From: Podarcis muralis
Lineage: Eukaryota
Assembly (NCBI RefSeq): GCF_964188315.1
Contig: NC_135667.1
Location: forward strand, 14,136,001 to 14,200,000
Direction: 5' to 3'
Length of the DNA stretch: 64,000 nucleotides
A program made the position numbers and the translations under genes. Every line of letters begins with the position of its first letter. Within the stretch, counting starts at the first letter, position 1. This document shows, piece after piece, positions 1 through 12,936 of this stretch. The notes below the pieces were generated by a model. That model saw nothing but the letters and a program-made list of their open reading frames with translations. It searched no databases and had not been told where the DNA came from.

Positions 1-751
1 AAGCTGCTCCTGCTGGAAGACAGCAAATATCCTCAGCAGGGAAGATACAGGAAATGTCTTACACTCCTCCTTTTTGACTGCATATCAACTGTGATTAATT
101 TACTGGTGTCCTTAGTAACAGCAGCACCTCCTTAGAACATTGTCTCCACATTTCACTTTCTAACTTTTTTTCCAGATGTCTGTCTGACTTTTTTTTTAAC
201 TGAAAGCTAATATAGGGTGGGGAAAGGAGGAGTGATAGGGTGGGGAAAGGAGGAGTGAACTTGAAGATAAATTAGAAATGTTACAAAATTCTGCCTCAAA
301 ATGAACTTAATTATGGAAATTCAGGTGTGGGGATTATGGGAATTCAGGTGCAGTTCAGAGATTTTTGAAATAATTCATTGAACTTTGTTCAATTGATCTA
401 CCGGTAGTTCATTCTAAACACTGAAACAAACCAATTGGGCTCCCAGTTCTTCCATTGCAGCAAACATTTGCAGTTTTTGAATTTGGTGCCTTTTTCTGTT
501 TCCCTGAACAGTGATATAAAAAAGGTGCAATATTCAAAAAAACGCTGAATTTAGTAGCATATTTAGGATCAGGAGTACACTTCGAGTTTGATGTCTGGAG
601 ATTAACAGGTGGGCCACCCACTTCAAGTGACCTACAGAAGGTGGGCCTCCTGGATGGATCTGAATCTTCCTGTTTGCTCTAGACCGCATGGAACAGGTCG
701 TTAAATAATGAGCAACAAGAAATAATTTGTGCCATGTCTTTTGAGTTTTAG

Positions 752-819
752 ATTTTGAGAAGTGGAATGCTGTTACCTGTAAAGAGAAAAATGCCTTTGT
801 CTGTAAACAATCATCCTAA
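752..819 (+). CDS. C-type lectin A, last coding exon (rest of gene lies upstream of the window)
   Basis: tttag| acceptor, phase 1; translates (D)FEKWNAVTCKEKNAFVCKQSS*, matching exon 6 of paralogs B, C and E (W-N-x-x-x-C...F-x-C-K); AATAAA at 1015-1020. Confidence 0.88.
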
Positions 820-1519
820 AGAAGATTGTAGTTCCCTTCGCTGGACTCTAGCCCGCTGGAAATCTTTCTGATCTCAGTACCTCCTCTTCCAGTCCTCAAA
901 GTGAAAGAGGGGTTCTCATTCATCACTTTAAAAATGACCATAACTGAAGAGCTGCCACTTTGGTTCCCCTCTTCTCCACAAATTTTTATTGTGCCTACAC
1001 CCCACTATGAACTTAATAAATTCTCTTGGATGCACATATTTCCTGGTGTGTTTCTGTCCTTCGCAATCCACTCAGACTGCTCTAAGATGATCATCCAAGA
1101 AATATATGGGAAGTTGGCTTATACTAAGTCAGACCATAGGTCCATCTAACTCAATAATAGACACATTGAATGGCAGTGGATTTCCAGGTTCATTCAGACA
1201 GGGGACATTCTCTGTCCCACCTGTAGATGCTGGAGATTTATCTTGGGACACCTAAGGTGGACTGCAAGGGTCTCCTTTCATAAGTGTGAAAGTACAAGAG
1301 AACATTTCACTAGATGGTGCTTCGATTGAAGCAACCCTACATTGCCAGCTGCACCTATGCAATTTCCTGTCCTCTGTGGCATACACACCGTACCACAAAC
1401 ATTGACATCTGACACCAAGGTCACTTCAACACCATACATTTAAAGCACTCTTTACATCACAGTTATAGCTTCGTCCAAAGAATTCTGGGAAATGCACTTT
1501 GTTAAGGGTGCTGAGTTAT

Positions 1520-2334
1520 TATGGATGGCTGCTAAGAGATTGAGGTTGAATCCTGACAAGACAGAAGTACTGTTTTTGGGGGACAGGAAGCGGGCAGGTG
1601 TGGAGGATTCCCTGGTCCTGAATGGGGTAACTGTGCCCCTGAAGGACCAGGTGCGCAGCCTGGGAGTCATTTTGGACTCACAGCTGTCCATGGAGGCACA
1701 GGTCAAATCTGTGTCCAGGGCAGCTGTTTACCAGCTCCATCTGGTACGTAGGCTGAGACCCTATCTGCCTGCGGACTGTCTCGCCAGAGTGGTGCATGCT
1801 CTGGTTGTCTCCCGCTTGGACTACTGCAATGCGCTCTACGTGGGGCTACCTTTGAAGGTGACTCGGAAACTACAACTAATCCAGAATGCGGCAGCTAGAC
1901 TGGTGACTGGGGGCAGCCGCCGAGACCATATAACACCGGTCTTGAAGGACCTACATTGGCTCCCAGTACGTTTCCGAGCACAATTCAAAGTGTTGGTGCT
2001 GACCTTTAAAGCCCTAAATGGCCTCGGTCAAGTATACCTGAAGGAGCGTCTCCACCCCCATCATTCTGCCCGGACGCTGAGGTCCAGCGCCGAGGGCCTT
2101 CTGGCGGTTCCCTCATTGCGAGAAGCAAAGCTACAGGGAACCAAGCAGAGGGCCTTCTCGGTAGTGGTGCCCGCCCTGTGGAACGCCCTTCCAGCAGATG
2201 TCAAAGTGATAAACAACTACCTGACATTCAGAAGAATGGGAAGTTTTTAACGTGTGATATTTTACTGTATTTTTGGTTTCTATGGAAGCTGCCCAGAGTG
2301 GCTGGGGAGGCCCAGCCAGATGGGCGGGGTATAA

Positions 2335-2368
<34 letters not shown>
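1520..2368 (+). mobile_element. L2 LINE, 5'-truncated, (TAT)n tail
   Basis: RLRLNPDKTEVL, LDYCNALYVGLP and LHWLPVRFRAQFKVL motifs (ORF 1492-2250); 3' end gcccagagtggctgggg...gggcggggtat followed by a TAT microsatellite. Confidence 0.92.
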
Positions 2369-2389
2369 GAGTCCTCACAGTGTGGGATA

Positions 2390-3185
2390 ACCAGTCTTCT
2401 ATAGCCACATTTTTGCACGGCCAGATCTAGGAAGAGATTTATATGGAACAGCCCCAATGTTTTATCAAACCAAAGTGCATCTAGTATGCAAACTTCAGAA
2501 GGGGCTTTATGGATTAAAATATGCTGCTGGAGCATGGAATGAGAAACTATAGAGCATGCTCAAAGAGCTGGGGTACACACAAGGTCATGCAGACATGTGT
2601 GTGTAAACCAAGTGCAAAAAATAAATAGTTTTCTTACGTTTTGGCATTTGTGGATAATCTAATGATTGTAACTGAGAATAACCAAGACTATACAGAGGTT
2701 GTGGAATACCTGAGCAAAGAAGTACAGTCGTACCTTGGAAGTTGAATGGACTCCGTTCCGGAAGTCTGTTCGACTTCCAAAATGTTTGGAAACCAAAGCG
2801 TGGCTTCTGATTGGCTGCAGGAAGCCGCAGAAGCCCTGTCAGTCGTTCAGCTTCCAAAAGAATGTTTGAAAACTGGAACAGTCACTTCCGGGTTTTGATC
2901 GTTTAGGAGCTGAAATGTTTGAGAACTAGGCTGTTCGAAAACCATGGTAGAGCTGTAGAGGTAAAGGAAATGGGAACTGTTTCTTTCAAATAGTGAGAGA
3001 AGAGCTTGGATCTTATCTCCTAATTCAAAAGCAAAAGGTTATTGAATTTCTTGACAGCCTAGGGCTGAAAGAAACCAAGCAAGTAGCCACTCCAATGGTG
3101 ACTGATTTTCTAGAGGGTAAAGATGAATCTGAACTCTTGCCAGACAACAGCCAATACAGGTCAGCTGCAGCACAGCTCCTGTACT
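2390..3185 (+). mobile_element. Ty1/Copia reverse transcriptase remnant (degenerate), interrupted by a MITE
   Basis: Frame-broken peptides resembling TFLHG..EIYMEQP, VCKLQKGLYGLK, AFVDNLMI and ATPM...QYRSAAAQLLYL, typical of Copia RT (RVT_2). Confidence 0.75.
2723..2957. mobile_element. Tc1/mariner (Tigger-like) MITE
   Basis: TA-cagtcgtaccttgg ... ccatggtagagctg-TA: imperfect TIRs with a TA target duplication; inserted into the Copia remnant. Confidence 0.8.
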
Positions 3186-4339
3186 TGTGTGGTCAGGCAC
3201 CCCACCCTCATCGCCCGACTTCCAGAAAGAATCAGACAGGACAAAATTACCTTTTGGATCAAATCAGGCCACAACTTTATGGATTACAGATGTAAGAGGG
3301 CCAGCCCTAGTCCAAAGTAAGACCCTCCGCATTCCACCAGCATTGAGTGATTTTCATTCTAGCTGCCACACACACACAAAAAAAGCTCCATAGGTTTTTA
3401 TGTGTAATCTTGGAGGTTTATCTTCCCATAACCCAAGTAATGCCAACATAAGAGACATAGTAGCATTTGTATTGAAAATGGGGCTTATTTCTCTGAACGC
3501 ATTGGGCGAATAGTTGAGCATTCAACTACAACTCCACCACAGATGAAGATAAGATCCTTGAATCATATACCCCCTCCAGCAGCTGGGGTCTACATTATTA
3601 GTCAGGCAGGACAATCTTGGAGGTGTGGAGATACCATCTCTGAAGAAGCCTTAGCAAAGTTTCCCTCATTTTAGCTGACACTGATTTTAACAGGCTCTCA
3701 AATCTCCTTAGGATTTGACACCACCCACAAATAAGCTTATTTTGTGTGTCCTGTCCTTTATTTTAATTCCTCGAGTCAGATCATTTTCTCTGATCAATGC
3801 AGCCAAAGCTTCCTATAGTAGAGAGAGAGCAAAAAGGAGAGAGGAAAGGGGACAACCTTGCATCCAATTGGAAAGAGATCTGAATCAATGTTGTTCATTC
3901 TCACTGTCGCATGGTGCTCATATACCCATAACACAGATATGATTACATATCCACACACATCCTGCTAAAAACATTCCTGTTTAGACAAGCCTACTCATAT
4001 GCTTAGATAATGGTGGAAATTTTGATCTGTTTTGGTATTTTAACTTTTGTATGTTTTAAAGCAGGGCTGTAAATATTTCTTGATTTCACTGTTTTATTTA
4101 TGGTAAACTGCTTTGAGGTTTTTCACAATCTAACGGTGTATAAATTTTTACGAAATAAATAAACTCTCTCAACCAGACTTCCAACCTGTAATTTACACCA
4201 AGCTGCATTACAAGGGATGTTAGAAGCTGTTATCTCTCTCCCAAGTGTGGATAATTGCAAATAACTGTTGGAAACCACAAGGTCAGCCATGCCCCATGAT
4301 CCTTATCAAAAGTTGCGCAAATGCCTTTGGATTTGTATA

Positions 4340-4500
4340 GCTGCAACTATTTCTTAACATGGGTGACTTGGCTATAGTGGTAGAGCAGGCATGGCCAACC
4401 ACATAGTTGGCTTGCACAATGAGCTACAGTTGCTCAAGTCCCTTCTTTTGCAGGACACTGTTAGATGTGCAGGAGCCCTGCCACCTTTTGCCTCTGGCCA
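4340..4500. repeat. Unclassified ~150 bp repeat, copy 1 of 3 (others ~7480-7620 and ~20620-20770)
   Basis: Shared tgcaactatttcttaaca..ggtgacttggctatag...gagctacagttgctcaagt..cttctt.tgcag sequence; no ORF or TIR recognised. Confidence 0.75.
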
Positions 4501-4569
4501 CCCTTGACACGGAATAGCAGGGCCGGCCCAAGATGGAAATTACCAAAGGTAACCTCAAGTCACAGATGT

Positions 4570-5720
4570 TTTCTTTTCTTTTTTTGTTAGATCATTTTTA
4601 TTAATTTTCCAATAAAAGACATCCAATTGACATATCAAATCATAATCCAAAAAAACTGAAATAAAAAAGGTCAAATGATCTTCCTAATTGTAATTTTTAA
4701 TTTTATGACTTCCCATAGTCTGAAACTTGAAGCATGTTCAAATCTCATCGATATTTCCATATTTCCACACCTCGATTTTAACTCTACAGGTATTTTCTTT
4801 TCTTTTCTTATTTTTGAAATAATTTTTATTTGATTTTACAATTATAACAATACAAAATACATATCCATATTTGGAGATTTCTCCAAATCTCTAGACTTCC
4901 CACCTTTCCCTCCATGCGTCCTATTATAAACCTTTTCAACTGAATATTATCTCATCATCCAAATTTTAGGTCTCTCCATTTTATCCATAATATCTTCTAC
5001 ATTACAAGTGTTATTGTAATCCTGCTAATGTTTTTATCTGCTTACAGTGGTCTCTGAAGTAAATTAAAATTCCCCTCCATTCTTTATTGAAGTTTTGGTA
5101 TTCTTAGTTCCTGAGCTTTCTGGTCAGTTTTGCCATTTCAACAGCTTTATTTGCCATTCTTCTCTGGTAGGGACTTTGTCTTCTTTCCATCTCTGGGCTA
5201 GTAGCATCTGTGTGGCTGTTGTTGCATACATAAAAAGTATTTCCTGCTCCTTTGGAATATCAGCACCTTTTGTTGTTGCTTAGTCGTTTAGTCGTGTCCG
5301 ACTCTTCGTGACCCCATGGACCAGAGCACGCCAGGCACCTCTGTCCTCCACTACTTCCCGCAGTTTGGTCAAACTCATGCTGGTAACCTCGAAAACACTA
5401 TCCAACCATCTCGTCCTCTGTTGCCCCCTTCTCCTTGTGCCCTCCATCTTTCCCAGCATCAGTGTCTTCTCCAGGGAGTCTTCTCTTCTCATGAGGTGGC
5501 CAAAGTACTGGAGCCTCAGCTTCATGATCTGTCCTTCCAGTGAGCACTCAGGGCTGATTTCCTTAAGAATGGATGCGTTTGATCTTCTTGCAGTCCATGG
5601 GACTCTCAAGAGTCTTCTCCAGCACCATAATTCAAAAGCATCAATTCTTCGGCACCTACAATTCCTAATAAAAAAGCTTCTGGTTGTTGTTTTTTTAAAA
5701 TAAAAGTTATTTTAAAAAGC
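4570..5720 (-). mobile_element. L1-clade LINE 3' fragment(s), interrupted by BovB
   Basis: Reverse strand reads LFMYATTATQMLLAQRWKEDKVPTREEWQIKL, homologous to the ORF2 C-termini at 25613-26774 and 27000-27644; boundaries approximate. Confidence 0.7.
5269..5651 (-). mobile_element. RTE-BovB LINE 3' fragment
   Basis: ORF 5280-5609 VPWTARRSNASILKEI...YFGHLMRREDSLEKTLMLGK...WRALVHGVTKSRTRLND is the BovB C-terminus; (CAA)n-type tail; candidate TSD gcacct at 5263-5268 and 5652-5657. Confidence 0.92.
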
Positions 5721-6335
5721 CATAGGTGTTTTCAAACCTATGCACTGAGCATTTATCCCTCAGGAAAAGTAGCCGCAAACAGTTCAGACTTAAAATTGTT
5801 GCACACCACTCTACTCTCCAAGCAGTGTGAGATTCCAGGAGTTCTGGGCTCTTACCCAGAGTTTGTGGTTCCTTTTGGACAATGAGGCACAGTGGCGACT
5901 ATGGTGTCTTTATGATATAGGGCTCATTTACACATGTATACAACCTGAGCCTATGATGCAGGAGTTCACAGTGTCAACCAAAGGGTCTTGTTTCTGTCAT
6001 TACCACAAGCTTGGATTCAAGCAGAAATCAAACACGGCTCTCAAACTTTGCTCTGACTCTCTCTCCGGCTTTCTTCTAGGTCACACAACTCCCAAACTCT
6101 ATTCCAAATTCTATCTTTGCCTACTGAGCTGGGAGAATGGCCCCACCTATTTTCTGGAGAGTAGGGCAAAGGGAAAACCACTTGGACATGTGCCTAGAAA
6201 ACATGGGTAAAGTGGAAAACTGCTCAAACCCATGCTTTCTAGCCACGGGACAAGCAGAAATTTGGATAAGCCTGCACTCAACATGGTCTCTAGTTGCAAA
6301 TTGGCAAGCACTGCAGATCTCTAAGCAGTGGAGCT

Positions 6336-6873
6336 GCTTGGATTTCTGCAATGTGCTCTACGTGGGGCTACCTTTGAAGGTGACCCAGAAACTACAACTA
6401 ATACAGAATGTGGCAGCTAGACTGGTGACTGGGAATGGCCACCGAGACCACATAACACCGGTCTTAAAAGACCTACATTGGCTCCCAGTACGTTTCCGAG
6501 CACAATTCAAAGTGTTGGTGCTGACCTTTAAAGCCCTAAACAGCCTCGGCCCAGTAGACATGAAGGAATGTCTCCACCCCCATTGTTTAGCCTGTACTCT
6601 GAGGTCCAGCTCCGAGGGCCTTCTGGTGGTTCCCTCACTGCGAGAAGTGAGATTACAGGGAACCAGACAGAGGGCCTTCTCGGTAGTGGCACCCGCCTTT
6701 TGGAACACCCTGCCTTCAGATGTCAAGGAAATAAACAACTACCTGACTTTTAGAAGACATCTGAAGGCAGCCCTGTATTGCGAAGGTTTTAAAGTTTGAA
6801 GTTCTATTCTGTATTTAGTATTCTGTTGGGAGCCTCCCAGAGTGGCTGGGGAAACCCAGCCAGATGGGCGGGG

Positions 6874-6914
<41 letters not shown>
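6336..6914 (+). mobile_element. L2 LINE 3' fragment with (AAT)n tail
   Basis: LDFCNVLYVGLP...LHWLPVRFRAQFKV; same 3' end as the other L2 copies. Confidence 0.92.
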
Positions 6915-7864
6915 GGAGTCAGCAACTGTGCTGCAGCATTTTGCAGTAACCAGCTTCCAGCTCAAGTGTGAGGGAAGCCTTGAATATGGTGATTGCACCA
7001 ACCCACTGTCAAACCTGTTGTTTTCTGATCTACAGGGGATATCTGGGCTTCCACCAAGAAAGCGGGATCAAGGAGCATCCTCAGACTGCATACCTGCTCC
7101 TTCAGAGGAAGTGCAACTCCACCCATTCGGATACAGGAACCACTTACTCACAGTGCCTTCATCTTGTTCAGATTTATATTCCCCAAACTATGCATATATC
7201 ATACTGATATCCCACCTCTCAACCATCCAGAACTGTTCTTTCAGAGGGATCCAAGCTGCCAAGGTACTCAGAAAGTGTAAGGTAGGATGCATCTGGGATT
7301 TGGGCAGCAGAATGGCGCCCATACAACTCTAGGGGGCTTTAAGGATTAGCAGCAAGACTAAATTCATTTATTCACAAGGTGCATTTCTATGCAAATATGG
7401 AGATAAGAACACTGGGGTACATTGCAGGGATTTTGTAAACTATTATCTCAATCTGACCAGCAAACCATCTGCCAATATTTCTCAACCAGTGTGACTTAGT
7501 TATAATGGTGGCACACGCATTGGCAACCATGACGTTGGTTTGCAGAGCTTGTGCAATGAGCTGCAGCTGCTCAAGTTTCTTCTTCTGCAGAACTTAGATG
7601 CACAGGACCAATGGCAGACCTTGGGGGTCTCCCATTTCAGCAGTGCCTTGTGTGATGCCAAAATCTGGCACCCCTTTCCCCTCCGTTCTACATCATTATT
7701 GTGGGCCAAATCTGAGGTGCCCCCAGGGCTCCATGCTCAGGGTAACTGAACCAGTCATGCTCCCCCAAATCAGCCTCTGGCAGGAGCCCAGTCAACTTTT
7801 GCATCAGGCCACCATAGATACTTTTTAGTTTTCTGCCATTTATTTCCTTCCGGAAGTGCCAGCT

Positions 7865-7865
<1 letters not shown>

Positions 7866-7900
<35 letters not shown>
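7866..7900. repeat. (GT)n microsatellite (others at ~11802-11843 and ~56420-56459)
   Basis: Pure GT dinucleotide run. Confidence 0.95.
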
Positions 7901-7902
<2 letters not shown>

Positions 7903-8429
7903 CTGAGCACTTTGGGGCCCCTGAATAATTTTGGGGCCATAGCTGAGCCCCTTCAATGTTCAGGGGGTGGAGGAGGTTATGCGCAGGGCAGTGACGTCTG
8001 TGGCCGCCTCTCCTTCTGCAGCTGCCAGAGAAAGAGGCCTCAGCTCCTCCTGACGTGGTGTACTCCAAGCAACCCAAGCACCAGCTCCTCTTCTTCCTCC
8101 TCCTCCTCCTCCTCCTCCTCTGCACTTGGGATGTTAGGATCACACTGCTTGGAATGCACAGTGCTAGGCATGTGTTTGATGTCACAGGCATGCACAAAAT
8201 GCTGTTAGCCCTACAATGGTAGCAAATGAGAACTGGCACCAATAAGAGATTTTCTTCTGGGCTTATAGCCTAAATATTGGGGGGGGGCTCAGCCCCCGCC
8301 TCAAAATATTAAGGGGACTGAAGCTCCTTGCACCCCCTATACCCAGTGCTCCTGTTAGCAATTACTCTGAATATCCACCCAATCAATTTGTCTGTGGCTT
8401 TCGGTGCCTTTTCTCTCTTAATCTGTAGT

Positions 8430-8500
8430 CCATATATGGGTAAGTGCTTCATCTTTCTTCCTGCCTTTCCATGCCCTGCCCTAGCCCAGCTCTATATAAG
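8430..8500 (+). promoter_or_regulatory. Lectin B core promoter: CArG box CCATATATGG (8430-8439) and TATATAAG (8493-8500)
   Basis: Both motifs recur at the same spacing in the lectin C promoter; non-coding exon 1 (~8520-8577) ends at gg|gtaagt. Confidence 0.75.
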
Positions 8501-8782
8501 AATGATCCCAGCAGCCTGAGACACAGACCTGCCACTGTAGGAAGCACCATTCATATCCTGAACAGGACAGAGCTTGGGTAAGTTGCAGGTCGGGATGAGC
8601 GAATCTGACAATTTTGGTCTCTTTCAGTCTTTCACATCAGCTGCCAATTTTCTTTTTAAAAAACCAGAATAACAGTGAACTTCTTCCAATCTACACATTT
8701 CTGGAATCATTTCTCCTTTCTGTAATGCACTTCTAATGCTATTTTCATGTATATGGGCATTTTTATGCATGCTGTATCCTAG

Positions 8783-9037
8783 TACAGTGGAACCTTGGAA
8801 GCCGAACGCCTTTGAACTCGAACTTTTTGGCTCCCGAAGGATCGAAAAACGGATGTGATTGTTCCGGTTTCCGAATGATTTTCGGAAGCCGAATGTCCAG
8901 CGCAGCTTCAGCGGCTTCTGATTGGCTGTAGCATGCTCCTACAGCCAATTGGAAGCTGTGCCTTGGTTTCTGAACTGTTTTGGGAGTAGAACAGACTCTT
9001 GGAATGGATTGGATTCAGAAACCAATGTAGGACTGTA
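8783..9037. mobile_element. Tc1/mariner (Tigger-like) MITE in lectin B intron 1
   Basis: TA-cagtggaaccttgg ... ccaatgtaggactg-TA; absent from the homologous position of lectin C intron 1. Confidence 0.78.
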
Positions 9038-10163
9038 TTGCATCGTTCTACACATTCCATGGCTGTCGAACTGCACTGCCCATCATGTCTGTTCTGAGGA
9101 ACTGAAACCAGATTTTAAGGAAGCACGGCTTTCGAAGAAATGGGACACTACCCGCCTTCCTTAGATACTAAAACTGATGAGGATTTGTCCCATGAAAATT
9201 TTCTCAAATTCATTCATGAGCCCAGTCAGCTGTAGTCAGTCCTTTTGTGCAGCAAGCATCCTAAGGAGACACTGCAGGGGAAGGGAATCGGTGGGATAAG
9301 CAAAGGGGCAGGAAAATTCACTGTGCTTGATGCAACAAGGGCAAAGCTCCTGTGGATCTACGTCAAGCAGATTTCCTGACAATGCGGCTGCTGATTTGCA
9401 CTTTATTTGGGGGCTGCCATCTGTACTGCACTCTATGCACTCAATGAACTATCTGTATTCTTATGCCAGCAGAGCTCGATTGATTACTATCAATTGCTTT
9501 CCAGCAGAATCATAAGTGTGTTTGTGAGGTGGGACATGGCAGGTGACCTGCCACCATGAATCCTGGCACTGCCCAGGGCATAAGGTTTTGTGGGAGTTTT
9601 CTTTGTTGCCCTTCATTGGCTCCAATGGAAGGGGATAATTAGTTACACCATTTCCAGGCAGGTTCTGATGGTGTCCCACCTCTGGGGCCTCTTGCATGAA
9701 TCAATAAGATTGGATTAAGCAGATCCAAAGCAATCTCTGTCCTTCCTTTGCCTGTCTGTGGGGCTACCACCAGGGAGTACCCTTTGCTCCCTGAGCTCCC
9801 TGTGCCCTTCTGCCAACAAAGATCTTTTTCTTCCTGCCATCACCACATGGACAAAATGGCAATCAGTGGGGATAGGTTTTGATTTACTGTACTTTCCTTT
9901 CCATAAAAGGTCAACCAGAAGATGGAACATGGTCAGCACTGGGTGCCTCTGCACACGAACCTTATTTGACTCCATGATACTTCAACAATCGCCAACTTTA
10001 AGTTTTGGGTTCTCTCTTCTTTCTCTAATCTTCCCATTTATGATTTTAAGAACAGAAAATACTGATTTACTTCTTCCTGCTATCACCACATTGACAATGC
10101 CAATAAGTAAGGATAAGTTTTTAATTTGCTGCACATTTCCTTCCACTGAAGGTCAACCAGAAG

Positions 10164-10224
10164 ATGGGGGTTGTCACCTACCTTTGCCTTTTTGGTTTCC
10201 TGGTCTCCTATTCTTTCCCAGGAG
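10164..10224 (+). CDS. Lectin B exon 2 (signal peptide)
   Basis: ag|gtcaaccagaagATG; MGVVTYLCLFGFLVSYSFPG+G|gtgagt; 61 nt. Confidence 0.92.
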
Positions 10225-10629
10225 GTGAGTGCTTTAACAATTATCTGGGAATTCCCCAGAAATTTTAATTGGGGTTAAGCATTTATAAAAACAAAACTAC
10301 TTGTCAGATTTCCAGGTGATGGTAACCCAGCTAAGGCTGTTGGAATAAATAACCAGGCAATGGAAGCAGGTCCATTAGGGTGAATAGGGAACTGCCCTAC
10401 CAACCTCAGTCTGCTCTGAACCACTCCTCATATTCATATTTACAACCAGTCAGGGAGTGGCACTGCCTGTCATTGACTCTGAATCCACTTACTGTTTGCC
10501 TCCCTGCTTTCTGTCCCACTTTTCTGTGCAAATTTGTAGGTGAAGTAGGATTCCACAATGAAAATTGCATTCGAACAGCTTTTGTCCCCCCCCCCATCTT
10601 TTTCTTCTTTTACTCCTCTCTCCATACAG

Positions 10630-10721
10630 TAAAGGCCAGATCCTGTCCCAGGAATTGGCTGAAAGCCCAGGGCAGCTGCTATGCATATTTTGACTCTCAG
10701 AAAACTTGGTCTGAAGCTGAG
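10630..10721 (+). CDS. Lectin B exon 3
   Basis: catacag|; (V)KARSCPRNWLKAQGSCYAYFDSQKTWSEAE|gtaag; 92 nt. Confidence 0.95.
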
Positions 10722-11800
10722 GTAAGAAGCTGTTTCTCACCAACCAAGCTGTCACATCAGGTGCTGTCATGGGTTTCAGATGACATTTTTGTGAGGAGGG
10801 CTATCAGTGTGAGCTGTTGGGAGACAATACCTGGCCAGCATCTTGGTATAATCAAAAGAGAGTTGCTCACCCATTGTGTTCAATTAACCTGTTTCCACAG
10901 GAGCCAAGAAAGCTTAATTAACAGTCAGGAGAGATGGCCTGGCAAGAAGGTACCATCTCACAAGTGAAAAGATGTGAGATATCTCTGCCCCTTTGTCCCT
11001 CCAGCTTGCATGTGAGCAGGAGGGACCTCAGGGCTCACTCAGCTGGGGGGGGGGGGAGTGGAGCCTTCCCACCCCCAAGCCAAGCAGCGCAAACAAGATG
11101 TGTCATCCTCAGCTCTGCAGGGTGTTGGGATGAAAGTGCCTCATCTCTTGCAATGAGAGCTGTGGCCGTTTTACCCCATGCCTTGAGGGCTGGGGCCAAT
11201 ACAGATTGTTGTTTCAACATCATGGTGTATCGACAGATTGTGATGTTTGGCTGGTGATACATCATGGTGTTGAAAACCTGACATCACCCAGCTAGTTAAG
11301 AACAACTATTTCAAACATTAAGATAATAGTTAAATTCAAGGATAAGCTCCAAAACCAGATTAAAACACAGGTCAACATTCTGCATAACTGCATAGGCTTG
11401 TCTAAACAAAGATGTTTCCAGCATCGGCTGAAAAGAGTTCAGCCAAATCATGACAATGAGCATCCTTCCTGCATTCATCCCAGTTTTTGTGTATGAGCTT
11501 CAAGGTGGTTTTCTTGCACCAAGATTGAGTGCTTTAAGCACCTTTAATTGCACTCGTGTGCAGCAGGTCCAGCAGGTTTCTTTAGTTTCCCAGCAGGTCC
11601 AGAGGATGGAGAAAGGGGCCTGGCTCCACTCACAGCATTTTCTTCACCCCTTTTTCTCTCTTCCTTCCTCAGCTGCTTTAGTTCCTATTTGAAAAACTTC
11701 CAACTCTCCACCACTGGTGTTTTATGATTTTTAAATAATTGTTATTGCTTATTTGACAAGTTGTGAACCACTCTGGGAAAGCTTTGTGGGAAAGAGTCTT

Positions 11801-11845
<45 letters not shown>

Positions 11846-11887
11846 GTAATAGCAGTTGAACTTATTTACTTGCTTGGCTATTCTCAG

Positions 11888-12028
11888 AATGAGTGCCTAA
11901 GCTATGGCTGTGGGAGCCATCTTGCCTCCATCCTCAATGAGAAAGAGTCAGATGTGGTGGCCAATTACATCTCTGCACACCAGAAAAATGCAAGCCAGGT
12001 TTGGATTGGGCTGCATGATCCCACTGAG
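11888..12028 (+). CDS. Lectin B exon 4
   Basis: ttctcag|; NECLSYGCGSHLASI...VWIGLHDPTE|gtgagt; 141 nt; WIGL motif. Confidence 0.95.
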
Positions 12029-12570
12029 GTGAGTTGCCTTTACTTTCTCAATTTCAGGCCATTGTCACTGAGTAACAGCTTCTTAGCATCACCATTCCAT
12101 CCTTATCCGAATCGTCTCCCCATGTGACTCCAATATGTGACTTTTCCACAATTTTCTTATAGAATCCTCCTCTAATATTGTTGTGGTAGTGGGGAGATGA
12201 TTAACATATTCAATCCTCCTGGCAAACTGGGAATAATATCCCCTCACTCACCCAAGTTTAGGATGTTCCACCATTCTCCAGCAGAGTTTCTTGTTCTTTG
12301 AGGAAAATAAGTGGCTCACGTAAATGTAAACTAAGCTTTGAATAATAAAGAAAACTGTAACAAAATAACAAAATAAGAGAAACTAAATACAACAACATGA
12401 GGCTAGTCTGAGGCAAGAAGCGAGAAGATGCAGTTGGTCCCTCTTAACTGATATTCTTAACGGAACACAGACACTGAAGGGAGGGGCTCCGGAGCAAAAC
12501 ACACAAGTCCCGCCCACCAGATACCAAGCACTCTACTATTCAAATTAGGTCCCAGTGTTTTTCCTACAAA

Positions 12571-12824
12571 TACAATCGTACCTGGTTCTCGAACACCTTG
12601 TGACTCAAATGTTTTGGCTTCCAAACACCGTAAACCCGGAAGTGAGTTTTCCAGTTTGTAAACGTTCTTTGAAACCCTAACGTCTGATGTGACTTCCGTA
12701 GCTTCTGATTGAGTGCAGGAAGCTCCTGCAGCCTATTGGAAGCCACACTTTGGTTTTTGAATGTTTTCGAAATTCGAACGGGCTTCCGGAAAGGATTCCA
12801 TTAGAGAACCAAGGTACAACTGTA
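12571..12824. mobile_element. Tc1/mariner (Tigger-like) MITE in lectin B intron 4
   Basis: TA-caatcgtacctgg ... ccaaggtacaactg-TA; same family as 2723-2957. Confidence 0.78.
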
Positions 12825-12936
12825 TCTCCATCATAAACTGGCAATAGCTTCATAACTGGCCAACTCTCCACGTGATCTTTGCATTGGCCGCCTCGTTTCG
12901 AATGAATGTATGATCTGTTCTATCACATTGCTGCAG

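Noticed and set aside
212-257. Perfect 23-bp tandem duplication atagggtggggaaaggaggagtg x2
   Set aside because: Real, but an isolated slippage-type duplication in an intron with no supporting context.
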